Below, one piece after another: positions 27,460 through 43,699 of a stretch of DNA of 64,000 bases. Under the pieces are notes generated by a model. That model ran no database searches, had not been told where the DNA came from, and saw nothing but the letters and a program-made list of their open reading frames with translations. The translations under genes were made by a program, and so were the position numbers. Every line of letters begins with the position of its first letter. Position 1 is the first letter of the stretch. Source of the stretch: Centroscyllium fabricii (taxonomy: Eukaryota); contig JBNRSN020000089.1 in NCBI GenBank assembly GCA_051313645.2, positions 2,232,001-2,296,000 on the forward strand. Direction: 5' to 3'.

Positions 27460-30400
27460 GACAATGTCCATCTGTGTAAAATACACCAGACAATGTCCAT
27501 CTGTGAACAATTTATCAGACAATATCCATCTGTGAACAATACATCAGACAATATCCATCTGTGTACAATACATCAGACAATGTCCATCTGTACAATACAT
27601 CAAACAATATCCACCTGTGTACAATACATCAGACAATGTCCAACTGTGAACAATACATCAGACAATGTCCATCTGTGAACAATATATCAGACAATGTCCA
27701 ACTATGTACAATACATCAGACATTATCCATCTTGTGTACAATAAATCAGACAATCTCCATCTGTGTAAAATACATCAGACAATGTCCATCTGTGTACAAT
27801 ACATCAGACAATGGCCATCTGTGTACAATACATCAGACAATGTCCACCTGTGAACAATACATCAGACAATATCCATCTGTGTACATTATATCAGATAATA
27901 TCCATCTGTGTACAATACATCAGACAATGACCATCTGTGAACAATACATCTGACAATGTCCATCTGTGAACAATATATCAGACATTATCCATCTGTGTAC
28001 AATGCATCAGACAATGTCCATCTGTGTACAATACATCAGACAATTTCCATCTCTGTACAATACATCAGACAATGTCCATCTGTGAACCATACATCAGACA
28101 TTGTCCATCTGTTTACAATACATGCGACATTATCCATCTGTGTACAATACATCAGACAATGTCCATCTGTGAACAATACATTAGACAATGTCCATCTGTG
28201 AACAATACATCAGACATTATCCATCTGTGTACAATACATCAGACATTGTCCATCAGTGAACAATACATCAGACGATATCCATCTGTGTACAAAACATGAG
28301 ACAATACCCATCTGTGCACAATACATCAGACAATATCCATCTGTGTACCATACATCAGAAAATATCCATCTTTGTACAATACATCAGATATTGTCCAGCT
28401 GTGAACAATATATCAGACATTATCCATCAGTGTACAATACATGAGACAATGTCCATCTGTGAACAATACATCAGACAATGTCCATCTTGTGTACAATACA
28501 TCATACAATATCCATCTGTGTACAATATATCAGACAATACCCATCTATGAACTATACATCAGACAATGTCCATCTGTGTACAATACATCAGACAATATCC
28601 ATCTGTAAACAATACATCAGACAATATCCATCTGTGTACAATACATCAGACAATATCCATCTGTGTACAATATATCAGACAATGTCCATCTGTGTACAAT
28701 ACATCAGACAATATCCATCTGTGAACAAGACATCAGACAATATCCATCTGTGTACAATAAATCAGACAATGTCCATCTGTGAACAATACATCAGACAATA
28801 TAAATTTGTCTACAATACATCAGACAATATCCTTCTGTGTACAATATATCAGTCAATGTCCATCTGTAAACAATAAATCAGACATTAACCGTCTATGAAC
28901 AATACATCAGACAATGTCCATCTGTGAACAATACATCGGACAATGTCCCTCTGTGTACAATACATCAGACAATGTCCATCTTGTGTACAATACATCAGAC
29001 AATGTTCATCTGTGTAAAATACACCAGACAATGTCCATCTGTGAACAATTTATCAGACAATATCCATCTGTGAACAATACATCAGACAATATCCATCTGT
29101 GTACAATACATCAGACAATGTCCATCTGTACAATACATCAAACAATATCCACCTGTGTACAATATATCAGACAATGTCCAACTGTGAACAATACATCAGA
29201 CAATGTCCATCTGTGAACAATATATCAGACAATGTCCAACTATGTACAATACATCAGACATTATCCATCTTGTGTACAATAAATCAGACAATCTCCATCT
29301 GTGTAAAATACATCAGACAATGTCCATCTGTGTACAATACATCAGACAATGGCCATCTGTGTACAATACATCAGACAATGTCCACCTGTGAACAATACAT
29401 CAGACAATATCCATCTGTGTACATTATATCAGATAATATCCATCTGTGTACAATACATCAGACAATGACCATCTGTGAACAATACATCTGACAATGTCCA
29501 TCTGTGAACAATATATCAGACATTATCCATCTGTGTACAATGCATCAGACAATGTCCATCTGTGTACAATACATCAGACAATTTCCATCTCTGTACAATA
29601 CATCAGACCATGTCCATCTGTGAACCATACATCAGACATTGTCCATCTGTTTACAATACATGCGACATTATCAATCTGTGTACAATACATCAGACAATGT
29701 CCATCTGTGAACAATACATTAGACAATGTCCATCTGTGAACAATACATCAGACATTATCCATCTGTGTACAATACATCAGACATTGTCCATCAGTGAACA
29801 ATACATCAGACGATATCCATCTGTGTACAAAACATGAGACAATACCCATCTGTGCACAATACATCAGACAATATCCATCTGTGTACCATACATCAGAAAA
29901 TATCCATCTTTGTACAATACATCAGATATTGTCCATCTGTGAACAATACATCAGACATTATCCATCAGTGTACAATACATGAGACAATGTCCATCTGTGA
30001 ACAATACATCAGACAATGTCCATCTTGTGTACAATACATCATACAATATCCATCTGTGTACAATATATCAGACAATACCCATCTATGAACTATACATCAG
30101 ACAATGTCCATCTGTGTACAATACATCAGACAATATCCATCTGTAAACAATACATCAGACAATATCCATCTGTGTACAATACATCAGACAATATCCATCT
30201 GTGTACAATATATCAGACAATGTCCATCTGTGTACAATACATCAGACAATATCCATCTGTGAACAAGACATCAGACAATATCCATCTGTGTACAATAAAT
30301 CAGACAATGTCCATCTGTGAACAATACATCAGACAATATAAATTTGTCTACAATACATCAGACAATATCCTTCTGTGTACAATACATCAGTCAATGTCCA

Positions 30401-30535
30401 TCTGTAAACAATAAATCAGACATTAACCGTCTATGAACAATACATCAGACAATGTCCATCTGTGAACAATACATCGGACAATGTCCCTCTGTGTACAATA
30501 CATCAGACAGTGTCCATCTTGTGTACAATACATCA
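27460..30535. repeat. 1538-bp (~53-monomer) tandem duplication
   Basis: Offsets of 1538 (27561/29099, 27956/29494, 28478/30016, 28914/30452). Confidence 0.9.
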
Positions 30536-33500
30536 GACAATGTCCATCTGTGTACAATACATCAGACAATGTCTCTCTGTGTACAATACATCAGACAATG
30601 TCCATCTTGTGTACAATACATCAGACAATTTCCATCTGTGTACAATAAATCAGACAATGTCTATCTGTGAACAATACATCAGACAATGTCCATCTGTGTA
30701 CAATACATCTCACAATGTCCACCTGTGTACAATACATCAGACAATGTCCATCTTGTGTACAATACATCAGACAATGTCCATCTGTGTACAATACATCAGA
30801 CAATGTCTATCTGCGTACAATAAATCAGACAATGTCCATCTGTGTACAATACATCAGACAATGTCAATCTATGAACAATACATCAGACAATGTCCATCTT
30901 GTGTACAATACATCAGACAATGTCCATCTGTGTAAAGTACATAAGACAATATCCATCTGTGTACAATACATAAGACATTATCCATCTGTGTACAATTCAT
31001 CAGACAATGATCATCTATGTACAATACATCAGACAATGTCCATCTGTGTACAATACATCAGACAATATCCATCTATGAACAAAACATCAGACAATGTCCA
31101 TCTGTGAACAATACATTAGACAATGTCCATCTGTGAACAATACATCAGACATTATCCAACTGTGTACAATACAGCAGACATTGTCCATCTGTGAACAATA
31201 CATCAGACATTATCCATCTGTGTACAATACATCAGACAATATCCATCTGTGTACAATACATCAGACAATATCCATCTGTGTACAATACATCAGACAATAT
31301 CCATCTTTGTACAATACATCAGATATTGTCCAACTGTGAACAATACATCTGACATTATCCATCTGTGTACAATACATGAGACAAAGTCCAGCTGTGAACA
31401 ATACATCAGACATTGTCCTTCTTGTGTACAATACATCATACAATATCCATCTGTGTACAGTACATCAGACAATATCCATCTGTGTACAATACATCAGGCA
31501 ATATCCATCTGTGTACAATACATCAGACAATGTCCATCTGTATACAATACATCAGACATTGTGCATCTGTGAACAATAAAGCAGACATTATCCATTTGTG
31601 AACAATACATCAGACAATATCCATCTCTGTACAATACATCAGACAATATGCATCTGTGTAAAATACATCAGACAATATCCATCTGTGTACAGTACATCAG
31701 ACAATGTCCAACTGTGTACAATACATCAGGCAATGTCCATCTGTGAACAATACATCTGAAAAAATCCATCTGTGTACAATATATCAGACAATGTCCATCT
31801 GTGTACAATACATCAGACAATGTCTATCTGTGAACAATACTTCAGACAGTATCCAACTGTGTACAATACATGAGACAAAGTCCAGCTGTGAACAATACAT
31901 CAGACATTGTCCTTCTTGTGTACAATACATCATACAATATCCATCTGTGTACAATACATCAGACAATATCCATCTGTGTACAATACATCAGGCAATATCC
32001 ATCTGTGTACAATACATCAGACATTATCCATCTGTGTACAATACATCAGACAATGTCCATCTGTATACAATACATCAGACATTGTGCATCTGTGAACAAT
32101 AAAGCAGACATTATCCATTTGTGAACAATACATCAGACAATATCCATCTCTGTACAATACATCAGACAATATGCATCTGTGTAAAATACATCAGACAATA
32201 TCCATCTGTGTACAGTACATCAGACAATGTCCAACTGTGTACAATACATCAGGCAATGTCCATCTGTGAACAATACATCTGAAAAAATCCATCTGTGTAC
32301 AATATATCAGACAATGTCCATCTGTGTACAATACATCAGACAATGTCTATCTGTGAACAATACTTCAGACAGTATCCATCTGTGTACAATACATCAGACA
32401 ATGTCCATCTGTGAACAATACATCAGACAATGTCCATCTGTGTAAAATACATCAGACACTGTCCATCTTGTGTACAATACACCAGAGAATGTCCATCTGT
32501 GAACAATACATCAGACAATATCCATCTGTGAACAATACTTCAGACAAAGTCCATCTATGAATAATACATCAGACAATGTCCATCTGTGTACAATACATCA
32601 GGAAATATCCATCTGTGAACAATATATCAGACAATATCCATCAGTGTACAATACATCAGACAATATCAATCTGTGTACAATATATCAGACAATGTCCATC
32701 TGTGAACAATAAATCAGACATTATCCATCAATGAACAATACATCCGACAATATCCATCTGTGAACAATACATCAGACAATGTCCCTCTGTGTACAATACA
32801 TCAGACAATGTCCATCTGTGTAAAATACACCAGACAATGTCCATCTGTGAACAATTTATCAGACAATATCCATCTGTGAACAATACATCAGACAATATCC
32901 ATCTGTGTACAATACATCAGACAATGTCCATCTGTACAATACATCAAACAATATCCACCTGTGTACAATACATCAGACAATGTCCAACTGTGAACAATAC
33001 ATCAGACAATGTCCATCTGTGAACAATATATCAGACAATGTCCAACTATGTACAATACATCAGACATTATCCATCTTGTGTACAATAAATCAGACAATCT
33101 CCATCTGTGTAAAATACATCAGACAATGTCCATCTGTGTACAATACATCAGACAATGGCCATCTGTGTACAATACATCAGACAATGTCCACCTGTGAACA
33201 ATACATCAGACAATATTCGTCTGTGTACATTATATCAGATAATATCCATCTGTGTACAATACATCAGACAATGACCATCTGTGAACAATACATCTGACAA
33301 TGTCCATCTGTGAACAATATATCAGACATTATCCATCTGTGTACAATGCATCAGACAATGTCCATCTGTGTACAATACATCAGACAATTTCCATCTCTGT
33401 ACAATACATCAGACAATGTCCATCTGTGAACCATACATCAGACATTGTCCATCTGTTTACAATACATGCGACATTATCCATCTGTGTACAATACATCAGA

Positions 33501-33819
33501 CAATGTCCATCTGTGAACAATACATTAGACAATGTCCATCTGTGAACAATACATCAGACATTATCCATCTGTGTACAATACATCAGACATTGTCCATCAG
33601 TGAACAATACATCAGACGATATCCATCTGTGTACAAAACATGAGACAATACCCATCTGTGCACAATACATCAGACAATATCCATCTGTGTACCATACATC
33701 AGAAAATATCCATCTTTGTACAATACATCAGATATTGTCCAGCTGTGAACAATACATCAGACATTATCCATCAGTGTACAATACATGAGACAATGTCCAT
33801 CTGTGAACAATACATCAGA

Positions 33820-36800
33820 CAATATCCATCTGTGTACATTATATCAGATAATATCCATCTGTTTACAATACATCAGACAATGACCATCTGTGAACAATAC
33901 ATCTGACAATGTCCATCTGTGAACAATACATCAGACAATATCCATCTGTGTACAATACATCAGACAATGTACATCTGTGTACAATATATCAGACAATGTC
34001 CATCTCTGTACAATACATCAGACAATGTCCATCTGTGAACAATAGATCAGACATTGTCCATCTGTGTACAATACAGGAGACATTATCTATCTGTGTACAA
34101 TACATCAGACAATGTCCATCTGTGAACAATACATTAGACAATGTCCATCTGTGAACAATATATCAGACATTATCCATCTGTTTACAATACATCAGATATT
34201 GTCTATCTGTGAGCAATACATCAGACGTTATCCATCTGTGTACAATACATCAGACAATATACATCTGTGTACAATACATCAGACAATATCCATCTGTGTA
34301 CAATACATCAGAAAATATCCATCTTTTTACAATACTTCAGATATTGTCAATCTGTGAACAATACATCAGACATTATCCATCAGTGTACAATACATGAGAC
34401 AATGTCCATCTGTGAAAATACATCAGAAAATGTCCATCTTGTGTACAATACATCATACAATATCCATCTGTGTACAATACATCAGACAATATCCATCTAT
34501 GAACTATACATCAGACAATGTCCATCTGTGTACAATACATCAGACAATATCCATCTGTGAACAATACATCAGACAATATCCATCTGTGTACAATATATCA
34601 GACAATATCCATCTGTGTACAATACATCAGACAATGTCCATCTGTGTACAATACATCAGACAATATCCATCTGTGAACAAGACATCAGACAATATCCATC
34701 TGTGAACAATACTTCAGACAATGTCGATCTGTGTACAATATATCAGACAATATCCATCTGTGAACAATACATCAGACAATATAAATCTGTGTACACTACA
34801 TCAGACAATATCCGTCTCTGTACAATACATCAAACATTGTCCATCTGTGAACAGTAAATCAGACATTATCCATCTATGAACAATACATCAGAGAATGTCC
34901 ATCTGTGAACAATACATCAGACAATGTCTCTCTGTGTACAATACATCAGACAATGTCCATCTTGTGTACAATACATCAGATAATTTCCATCTGTGTACAA
35001 TAAATCAGACAATGTCTATCTGTGAACAATACATCAGACAATGTCCATCTGTGTACAATACATCTCACAATGTCCATCTGTGTACAATACATCAGACAAT
35101 ATCCATTTTGTGTACAATATATCAGACAATGTTCTTCTCTGTACAACATATCAGACAATGTCCATCTGTGTACAATACATCAGACAATATCCGTCTATGA
35201 ACAGTACTTCATACAATGTCCATCTGTGTACAATACGTCAGAAAATCTCCATCTGTGAACGAGACATCAGACATTATCCATCTTTGTACAATACATCAGA
35301 CAATATACATCTGTGTACAATACATCAGACAATGTCCATCTGTGTACAATACATCAGACAATGTCCATCTGTGAACAATACATCAGAAAATGTCCATCTG
35401 TGTACAGTACATCAGACAATGTCCATCTGTGTACAATACATCGGAAAATATCCATCTGTGTACAATACATCAGACAATGTCCATCTGTGTACAATACATC
35501 AGACAATATCCATCTGTGTACAATACATCAGACTATGTCCATCTGTGAACAATACATCAGATTATGTCCATTTGTGTACAATACATCAGAAAATGTCCAT
35601 CTGTGAACAATACATCAGACATTATCCATCTGTGTATAATACATCAGACAATATCCATCTTTTTACAATACATCAGATATTGTCCATCTGTGAACAATAC
35701 ATCAGATATTATCCATCAGTGTACAATACATGAGGCAATGTCCATCTGTGAACAATACATCAGAAAATGTCCATCTTGTGTACAATACATCATACAATAT
35801 CCATCTGTGTACAATACATCAGACAATATCCATTTATGAACTATACATCAGACAATGTCCATCTGTGTACAATACATCAGACAATATCCATCTGTGAACA
35901 ATACATCAGAGAATGTCCATCTATGTACAATACATCAGACATTATCCATCTTGTTACAATAAATCAGACAATCTCCATCTGTGTAAAATACATCAGATAA
36001 TGTCCATCTGTGTACAATACATCAGACAATGGCCATCTGTGTACAATACATCAGAAAATGTCCATCTGTGAACAATACATCAGACAATATCCATCTGTGT
36101 ACATTATATCAGATAATATCCATCTGTGTACAATACATCAGACAATGACCATCTGTGAACAATACATCTGACAATGTCCATCTGTGAACAATACATCAGA
36201 CAATATCCATCTGTGTACAATACATCAGACAATGTACATCTGTTTACAATATATCAGACAATGTCCATCTCTGTACAATACATCAGACAATGTCCATCTG
36301 TGAACAATACATCAGACATTGTCCATCTGTGTACAATACATGAGACATTATCTATCTGTGTACAATATATCAGACAATGTCCATCTGTGAACAATACATT
36401 AGACAATGTCCACCTGTGAACAATACATCAGACATTATCCATCTGTGTACAATACATCAGACATTGTCCATCTGTGAACAATACATCAGACGTTATCCAT
36501 CTGTGTACAATACATCAGACAATACACATCTGTGTACAATACATCAGACAATATCCATCTGTGTACAATACATCAGACAATATCCATCTTTTTACAATAC
36601 ATCAGATATTTTCCATCTGTGAACAATACATCAGACATTATCCATCAGTGTACAATACATGAGACAATGTCCATCTGTGAACAATACATCAGAAAATGTC
36701 CATCTTGTGTACAATACATCATACAATATCCATCTGTGTACAATACATCAGACAATATCCATCTATGAACTATACATCAGACAATGTCCATCTGTGTACA

Positions 36801-37850
36801 ATACATCAGACAATATCCATCTGTGTACAATACATCAGACAATATCCATCTGTGTACAATACATCAGACAATATCCATCTGTGTACAATACATCAGACAA
36901 TGTCCATCTGTGTACAATACATCAGACAATATCCATCTGTGAACAAGACATCAGACAATATCCATCTGTGAACAATACTTCAGACAATGTCCATCTGTGT
37001 ACAATATGTCAGACAATATCCGTCTGTGAACAATACATCAGACAATATAAATCTGTGTACAATACATCAGACAATATCCATCTCTGTACAATACATCAGA
37101 CATTGTCCATCTGTGAACAGTAAATCAGACATTATCCATCTATGAACAATACATCAGAGAATGTCCATCTGTGAACAATATATCAGACAATGTCTCTCTG
37201 TGTACAATACATCAGACAATGTCCATCTTGTGTACAATACATCAGACAATTTCCATCTGTGTACAATAAATCAGACAATGTCTATCTGTGAACAATACAT
37301 CAGACAATGTCCATCTGTGTACAATACATCTCACAATGTCCATCTGTGTACAATACATCAGACAATGTCCATCTTGTGTACAATACATCAGACAATGTTC
37401 ATCTCTGTACAACATATCAGACAATTTCCATCTGTGGTCAATACATCAGACAATATCCGTCTATGAACAGTACTTCATACAATGTCCATCTGTGTACAAT
37501 ACGTCAGAAAATGTCCATCTGTGAACAATACATCAGACATTATCCATCTTTGTACAATACATCAGACAATATCCATCTGTGTACAATACATCAGACAATA
37601 TCCATCTGTGTACAATACATCAGACAATGTCCATCTGTGTGCTATACATCGGAAAATATCCATCTGTGTACAATACATCAGACAATGTCCATCTGTGTAC
37701 AATACATCAGACAATTTCCATCTGTGTACAATACATCAGACTATGTCCATCTGTGAACAATACACCAGATTATGTCCATTTGTGTACAATACATCAGAAA
37801 ATGTCCATCTGTGAACAATACATCAGACATTATCCATCTGTGTATAATAC
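33820..37850. repeat. ~2265-bp offset duplication, more diverged (~33820-35640 and ~36085-37850)
   Basis: Offsets of 2265/2266 (33909/36174, 34267/36532, 34895/37161, 35313/37579). Confidence 0.8.
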
Positions 37851-38295
37851 ATCAGACAATGTCTATCTGTGTACAATACATCAGACAATATCCATCTGTG
37901 TGCAATACATCAGACAATGTACATCTGTGTACAATACATCAGACAATATCCATCTGTGTACAATACTTCAGACAATATCCATCTGTGTACAATACATCAG
38001 ACAATGTCCATCTGTGTACAATACATCAGACAATGTCCATCTGTGAACAATACATCAGACAATGTCCATCTGTGAACAATACATCAGACAATTTCCATCT
38101 ATGAACAATACATCAGACTTTGTCCATCTGTGTACAATACATTAGACAATGTCCAGCTATGTACAATACATCAGAAAATGTCCATCTGTGAACAATACAT
38201 CAGACGTTGTCCAGCTGTGAACAATACATCAGACAATGTCCATCTGTGTACAATACATCAGACAATGTCCATCTGTGTACAATACATCAGACAAT

Positions 38296-41256
38296 TGGCC
38301 AGGGGATGGGGAAACGGGCAGGGAAACAGAGGGGTGACCAGGGAACATCGAGGAACAGGGGGGAGAACCAAGGACTCAGTGAAGTGACAGGGGACTGAAA
38401 TGCGCCTACTTCAATGCAAGAAGTATACGTAACAAAGCAGGAGAGCTAGGGGCATGGATGGCGACATAGGACTTCGATGTGGTGGCCATTACAGAGACGT
38501 GGCTGGAGCAGGGACAGGATTGGATGCTTGGGGTTCAGGGATACAGAAGCTTCTGTAGGAGCAGGATGGGAGGAAAGCGCGGGGGGGAGTAGCACTGCTG
38601 GTCAAGGACAGCGTGACAGCTACAGAAAAACACATTGAGGGGGACACACGAAGGGAGGTAGTATGGGCGGAGCTTAGAAATAGGAAAGGGGCGGTAACGT
38701 TAGTGGGAGTCTTTAATAGACCACCAAATAGTAACAGGGAGGTGGAGGAGGAAATTGCACGACAAATAAAGGAAAGATGTGGGGGACATAGGATAGTTAT
38801 CTTGGGAGTTTTCAATTTCCCTAATATAGACTGGAATCTAGATAGGTCAAAGAGTGCAGATGGAGAGATTTTATTACAATGCGTGCAGGAAGGTTTCCTG
38901 ACACAATATGTGGAGGAACCAACAAGGGGGGGGTAAAGTTGGACCTGGTTCTGGGAAATGAAACAGGCCAAGTGGTAGAACTGGGGGTAAGGGAGCACTT
39001 TGGGGACAGTGACCACAACTCGGTGATGTTCACAATAGTAATGGAGAAGGATAGGAGCATGAGGCAGGGTAAGGTATACAGCTGGGGGAGGGGAAATTAC
39101 GACAGGGTTAGGCACGATTTAGCTAACATCAATTGGGAACGGGAACTTGCTGGGAGAGGAATGGAAGAAAAATGGAGAGTGTTCAGGGAGCAAATTATGA
39201 AAGCCCTGGATATGCATGTCCCGAGTAGGATGGGAAACAAGGGAAAGATGAGAGAACTGTGGACCACGAAAAAGGTAGAACAATTAGTATAGAAGAAGAA
39301 GGAGGCATATGATAGAATGAGAAAGCAGTGTACAGCAGGGGCGGGAAAGGAGTACAAAGAAGCAAGGAAAGAACTGAAGAATGGGCTAAGGAAGGCAAAG
39401 GGAGGGCATGAGAAGGCATTCACGGGAAGGATAAAGGAGAACCCTAAGGCTTTCTATGCTTACGTAAGAAATAAAAGGATGACTAGGATAAGAGTAGGGC
39501 TGATCAAAGACGGCAAGGGAGAAATGTGCACGGAGTCAGAGGAAATTGGGGAAGCACTAAATGAATATTTTGCATCCGTGTTCACAAGGGAGAGCGAACT
39601 AAAAGTAGAGGAGGAATTCAAGATACAAGGGGAAAGGATGGGGGAAGTAAATATTCAGAGGGGGGAGGTATTAGATATTTTGGAGAAACTGAAGGTAGAC
39701 AAATCTCCTGGGCTGGACGGGATATATCCAAGGATTCTCGGGGAAGCGAGGAACGAAATCGCAGAGCCACTGACCTCTATCTTTAGTTCCTCGCTATCCT
39801 CGGGGATAGTCCCTGAGGACTGGAGAGAGGCGAATGTGGTTCCCATATTTAAAAAGGGGAGCAGGGACGTGCCAGGGATCTACAGACCAGTCAGCCTTAC
39901 CTCGGTGGTTGGAAAGGTGATGGAAAGGGTCCTGAGGGACAGAATCTACGAACATCTAGAAAGGGGCAAATTAATCAGGAGCAGTCAGCACGGATTCGTT
40001 AAGGGCAAATCGTGCCTGACCAACCTGATAGAATTCTTTGAAGAGGTGAACAAGTGTGTTGACGAGGGAAAGGCGGTTGATGTCTTATATATGGACTTCA
40101 GCAAGGCATTCGACAAGGTCCCGCACGGTCGACTCATGAAGAAAATAAGGAGTTGTGGGGTAAACAACGAAGTAGTGGGATGGATTGAGAACTGGCTGGC
40201 TCAGAGAAAGCAGAGGGTAGTGGTAGAGGGCCAATACTCGGGTTGGAGACTGGTCACCAGTGGGGTGCCACAAGGGTCGGTGTTGGGGCCACTACTGTTT
40301 GTAATCTTTATCGATGACTTGGAGGAGGGGACTGAGGGGTGGGTCAGCAAACTTGCAGATGACACAAAGATTGGGGGAGTAGTGGATGAGGAGGAAGGAA
40401 GTAGAAGGCTTCAGAGGGATATAGATAGGATGCAGAGCTGGGCTGAAGAATGGCAAATGGAGTTCAACACGGGGAAATGCGAGGTGATACACTTTGGTAG
40501 GACAAATAGGAATAGGGAATATAGAGTCAACGGCAGGGTCCTGAGCGAAACAGAGGAGCAAAGGGATCTGGGAGTATATGTACACAGATCATTGAAGGCT
40601 GCCACCCAGGTGGATAAGGCAGTAAAAAAGGCCTATGGTGTATTGGCCTTCATCAACAGGGGAATAGAGTATAAGAGCCGGGAGGATATGCTACAGCTGT
40701 ACAGGTCACTGGTGAGACAACACTTGGAGTACTGTGTACAGTTCTGGGCACCGTACTACAGGAGGGATGTGGAGGCATTGGAGAGGGTGCAGAGGAGATT
40801 CACCAGGATGCTGCCGGGAATGGGGGGAAAGTCGTACGAGGAGAGGTTGAGGGAGCTGGGACTCTTCTCCCTGGAGTGGAGAAGGAAGAGCGGGGACTTA
40901 ATATAGATGTTCAAGATGATGAAGGGGATCGATAGAGTAAACGTGCAGAGACTGTTTCCCCGGGTGGGAAGAACAACAACAAGAGGGCACGAGCACAAGA
41001 TTCAAGGAGGAAGATTCAGAAGCAATGGCAGGGGCAAGTTCTTTACACAGAGAGTGGTCGGGGAGTGGAATAGGCTTCCATCTGAAATAGTGGATGTGGA
41101 AAGTCTGGGAGCTTTTAAAATGATGAAAGATAGGTACATGGAGGGGAAGGAAGATTAGGGGGGACAGGAAAAATCGGTGAAGGACTAAGTGCGGCAACAC
41201 ATTGAGGACCCAAGGGCCTGTACAGTGCTGTATGTTCTATGTTCTATGTTCTATGT
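38296..41256 (+). mobile_element. CR1-clade LINE, family A copy 3 (2961 bp; outgroup to copies 1 and 2)
   Basis: Same junctions; keeps consensus-like residues (GKVMERV, VPHGRL, DDTKIGG) that are altered in copies 1 and 2; perfect (TATGTTC)3 tail. Confidence 0.96.
38392..41158 (+). pseudogene. Disrupted CR1 ORF2, copy 3
   Basis: Shared TAG at 38467 and both G-run frameshifts; private TAG stops at 39290 and 40904; FADD changed to LADD. Confidence 0.93.
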
Positions 41257-43699
41257 AATGTCCATCTATGTACAATACATCAGACAATATCCATCTGTGA
41301 ACAATACATCAGACAATATCAATCTGTGTACAATACATCAGACAATGTCCATCTGTGTACAATACATCAGACAACATCCATCTGTGAACAACACATCAGA
41401 CAATATCCATCTATGTACAAAACATCAAACAATATCCATCTGTGTACAATACATCAGACAATGTCCATCTGTGAACAATACATCAGACAATGTCCATCTG
41501 TGAACAATACATCAGACAAAGTCCATCTATGTACAATACATCAGACATTATCCATCTTGTGTACAATACATCAGACAACCTCCATCTGTGTAAAATACTA
41601 TAGACAATGTCCATCTGTGTACAATACATCAGACAATGGCCATCTGTGTACAGTACATCAGACAATGTCCATCTGTGAACAATACATCAGACAATAACCA
41701 TCTGTGTACATTATATCAGATAATATCCATCTGTGTACAATACATGAGACAATGACAATCTGTGAACAATACATCTGACAATGTCCATCTGTGAACAATA
41801 CATCAGACATTATCCATCTGTGTACAATATATCATACAATGTCCATCTGTGTACAATACATCAGACAATGTCCATCTGTGTACAATACATCAAACAATAT
41901 CAATCTCTGAACTATACATCAGACAATGTCCATCTGTGTACAATACATCAGACATTATCCATCTGTATACAATACATCAGACATTATCCATCTGTGTACA
42001 ATACATCAGACAATATCCATCTGTGAACAATACATCAGACAATGTCCATCTGTGTACAATAAATCAGACAATGACCATCTGTGTACAATACATAAGACAA
42101 TGTCCATCTTGTGTACAATACATCAGACAATGTCCATCTGTGTACAATACATCAGACAATGTCCACCTGTGAACAATACATCAGACAATATCCATCTGTG
42201 AACAATACATCAGACAATATCCATCTGTGCACAATACCTCAGAAAATGTCCATCTGTACAATACATCAAACAATATCCATCTGTGTACAATACATCAGAC
42301 AATGTCCATCTGTGAACAATACATCAGACAATGTCCATCTGTGAACAATACATCAGACAATGTCCACTATGTACAATACATCAGACATTATCCATCTTGT
42401 GTACAATAAATCAGACAATCTCCATCTATGTAAAATATATCAGATAATGTCCATCTGTGTACAATACATCAGAAAATGGCCATCTGTGTACAATATATCA
42501 GAAAATGTCCATCTGTGAACAATACATCAGACAATATCCATCTGTGTACATTATATCAGATAATATCCATCTGTGTACAATACATCAAACAATGACCATC
42601 TGTGAACAATACATCTGACAATGTCCATCTGCGAACAATACATCAGACAATATCCATCTGTGTACAATACATCAGACAATGTCCATCTGTGTACAACACA
42701 TCAGACAATGTCCATCTCTGTACAATACATCAGACAATGTCCATCTGTGAACAATACATCAGATATTGTCCATCTGTGTACAATACATCAGACATTGTCC
42801 ATCTGTGAACAATACATCAGACGTTATCCATCTGTGTACAATACATCAGACAATACCCATCTGTGTACAATACATCAGACAATATCCATCTGTGTACAAT
42901 ACATCAGACAATATCCATCTTTGTACAATACATCAGACAATATCCATCTATGAACTATACATCAGACAATGTCCATCTGTGTACAATACATGAGACAATG
43001 TCCATCTGTGAAAATACATCAGAAAATGTCCATCTGTGAACAATACATCAGACAATGTCCAACTGTGTACAATACATCAGGCAATGTCCATCTGTGAACA
43101 ATACATCTGAAAAAATCCATCTGTGTACAATATATCCGACAATGTCCATCTGTGTACAATTATCAGAAAATGTCTACATGTGAACAATATTTCAGACAAT
43201 GTCCATCTGTGTACAATACATCAGACAATGTCCATCTGTGAACAATACATCAGACAATGTCCATCTGTGTAATATACATCAGACACTGTCCATCTTGTGT
43301 ACAATACACCAGACAATGTCCATCTGCGAACAATACATCAGACAATATCCATCTCTGAACAATACTTCAGACAAAGTCCATCTATGAACAATACATCAGA
43401 CAATGTCCATCTGTGTACAATACATCAGGAAATATCCATCTGTGAACAATACATCAGACGATATCCATCTGTGTACAATACATCAGACAATATCAATCTG
43501 TGTACAATATATCAGACAATGTCCATCTGTGAACAATACATCAGACATTATCCATCTATGAACAATACATCAGACAATGTCCATCTTGTGTACAATACAT
43601 CAGGCAATGTTCATCTGTGTACCATACATCAGACAATGCCCATCTGTTAACAATTTATCAGACGATATCCATTTGTGAACAATACATCAGACAATATCC

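Larger units (their letters stand above)
25190..33815. repeat. ~3.3-kb block duplicated at offset 5373/5344 bp (~25190-28470 and ~30563-33815)
   Basis: Matching translations 25248/30621, 25721/31094, 26360/31704, 27561/32905 and 28296/33640; the 29-bp offset change is one monomer deleted near 31500. Confidence 0.88.
22787..38295. repeat. 29-bp satellite array, segment 3
   Basis: Same monomer and orientation; contains nested duplications. Confidence 0.99.

Noticed and set aside
12681-41256. Three independent site-specific insertions of family A
   Set aside because: The identical truncation point, flanking haplotypes and shared lesions indicate one insertion followed by duplication, so it is counted as one event.
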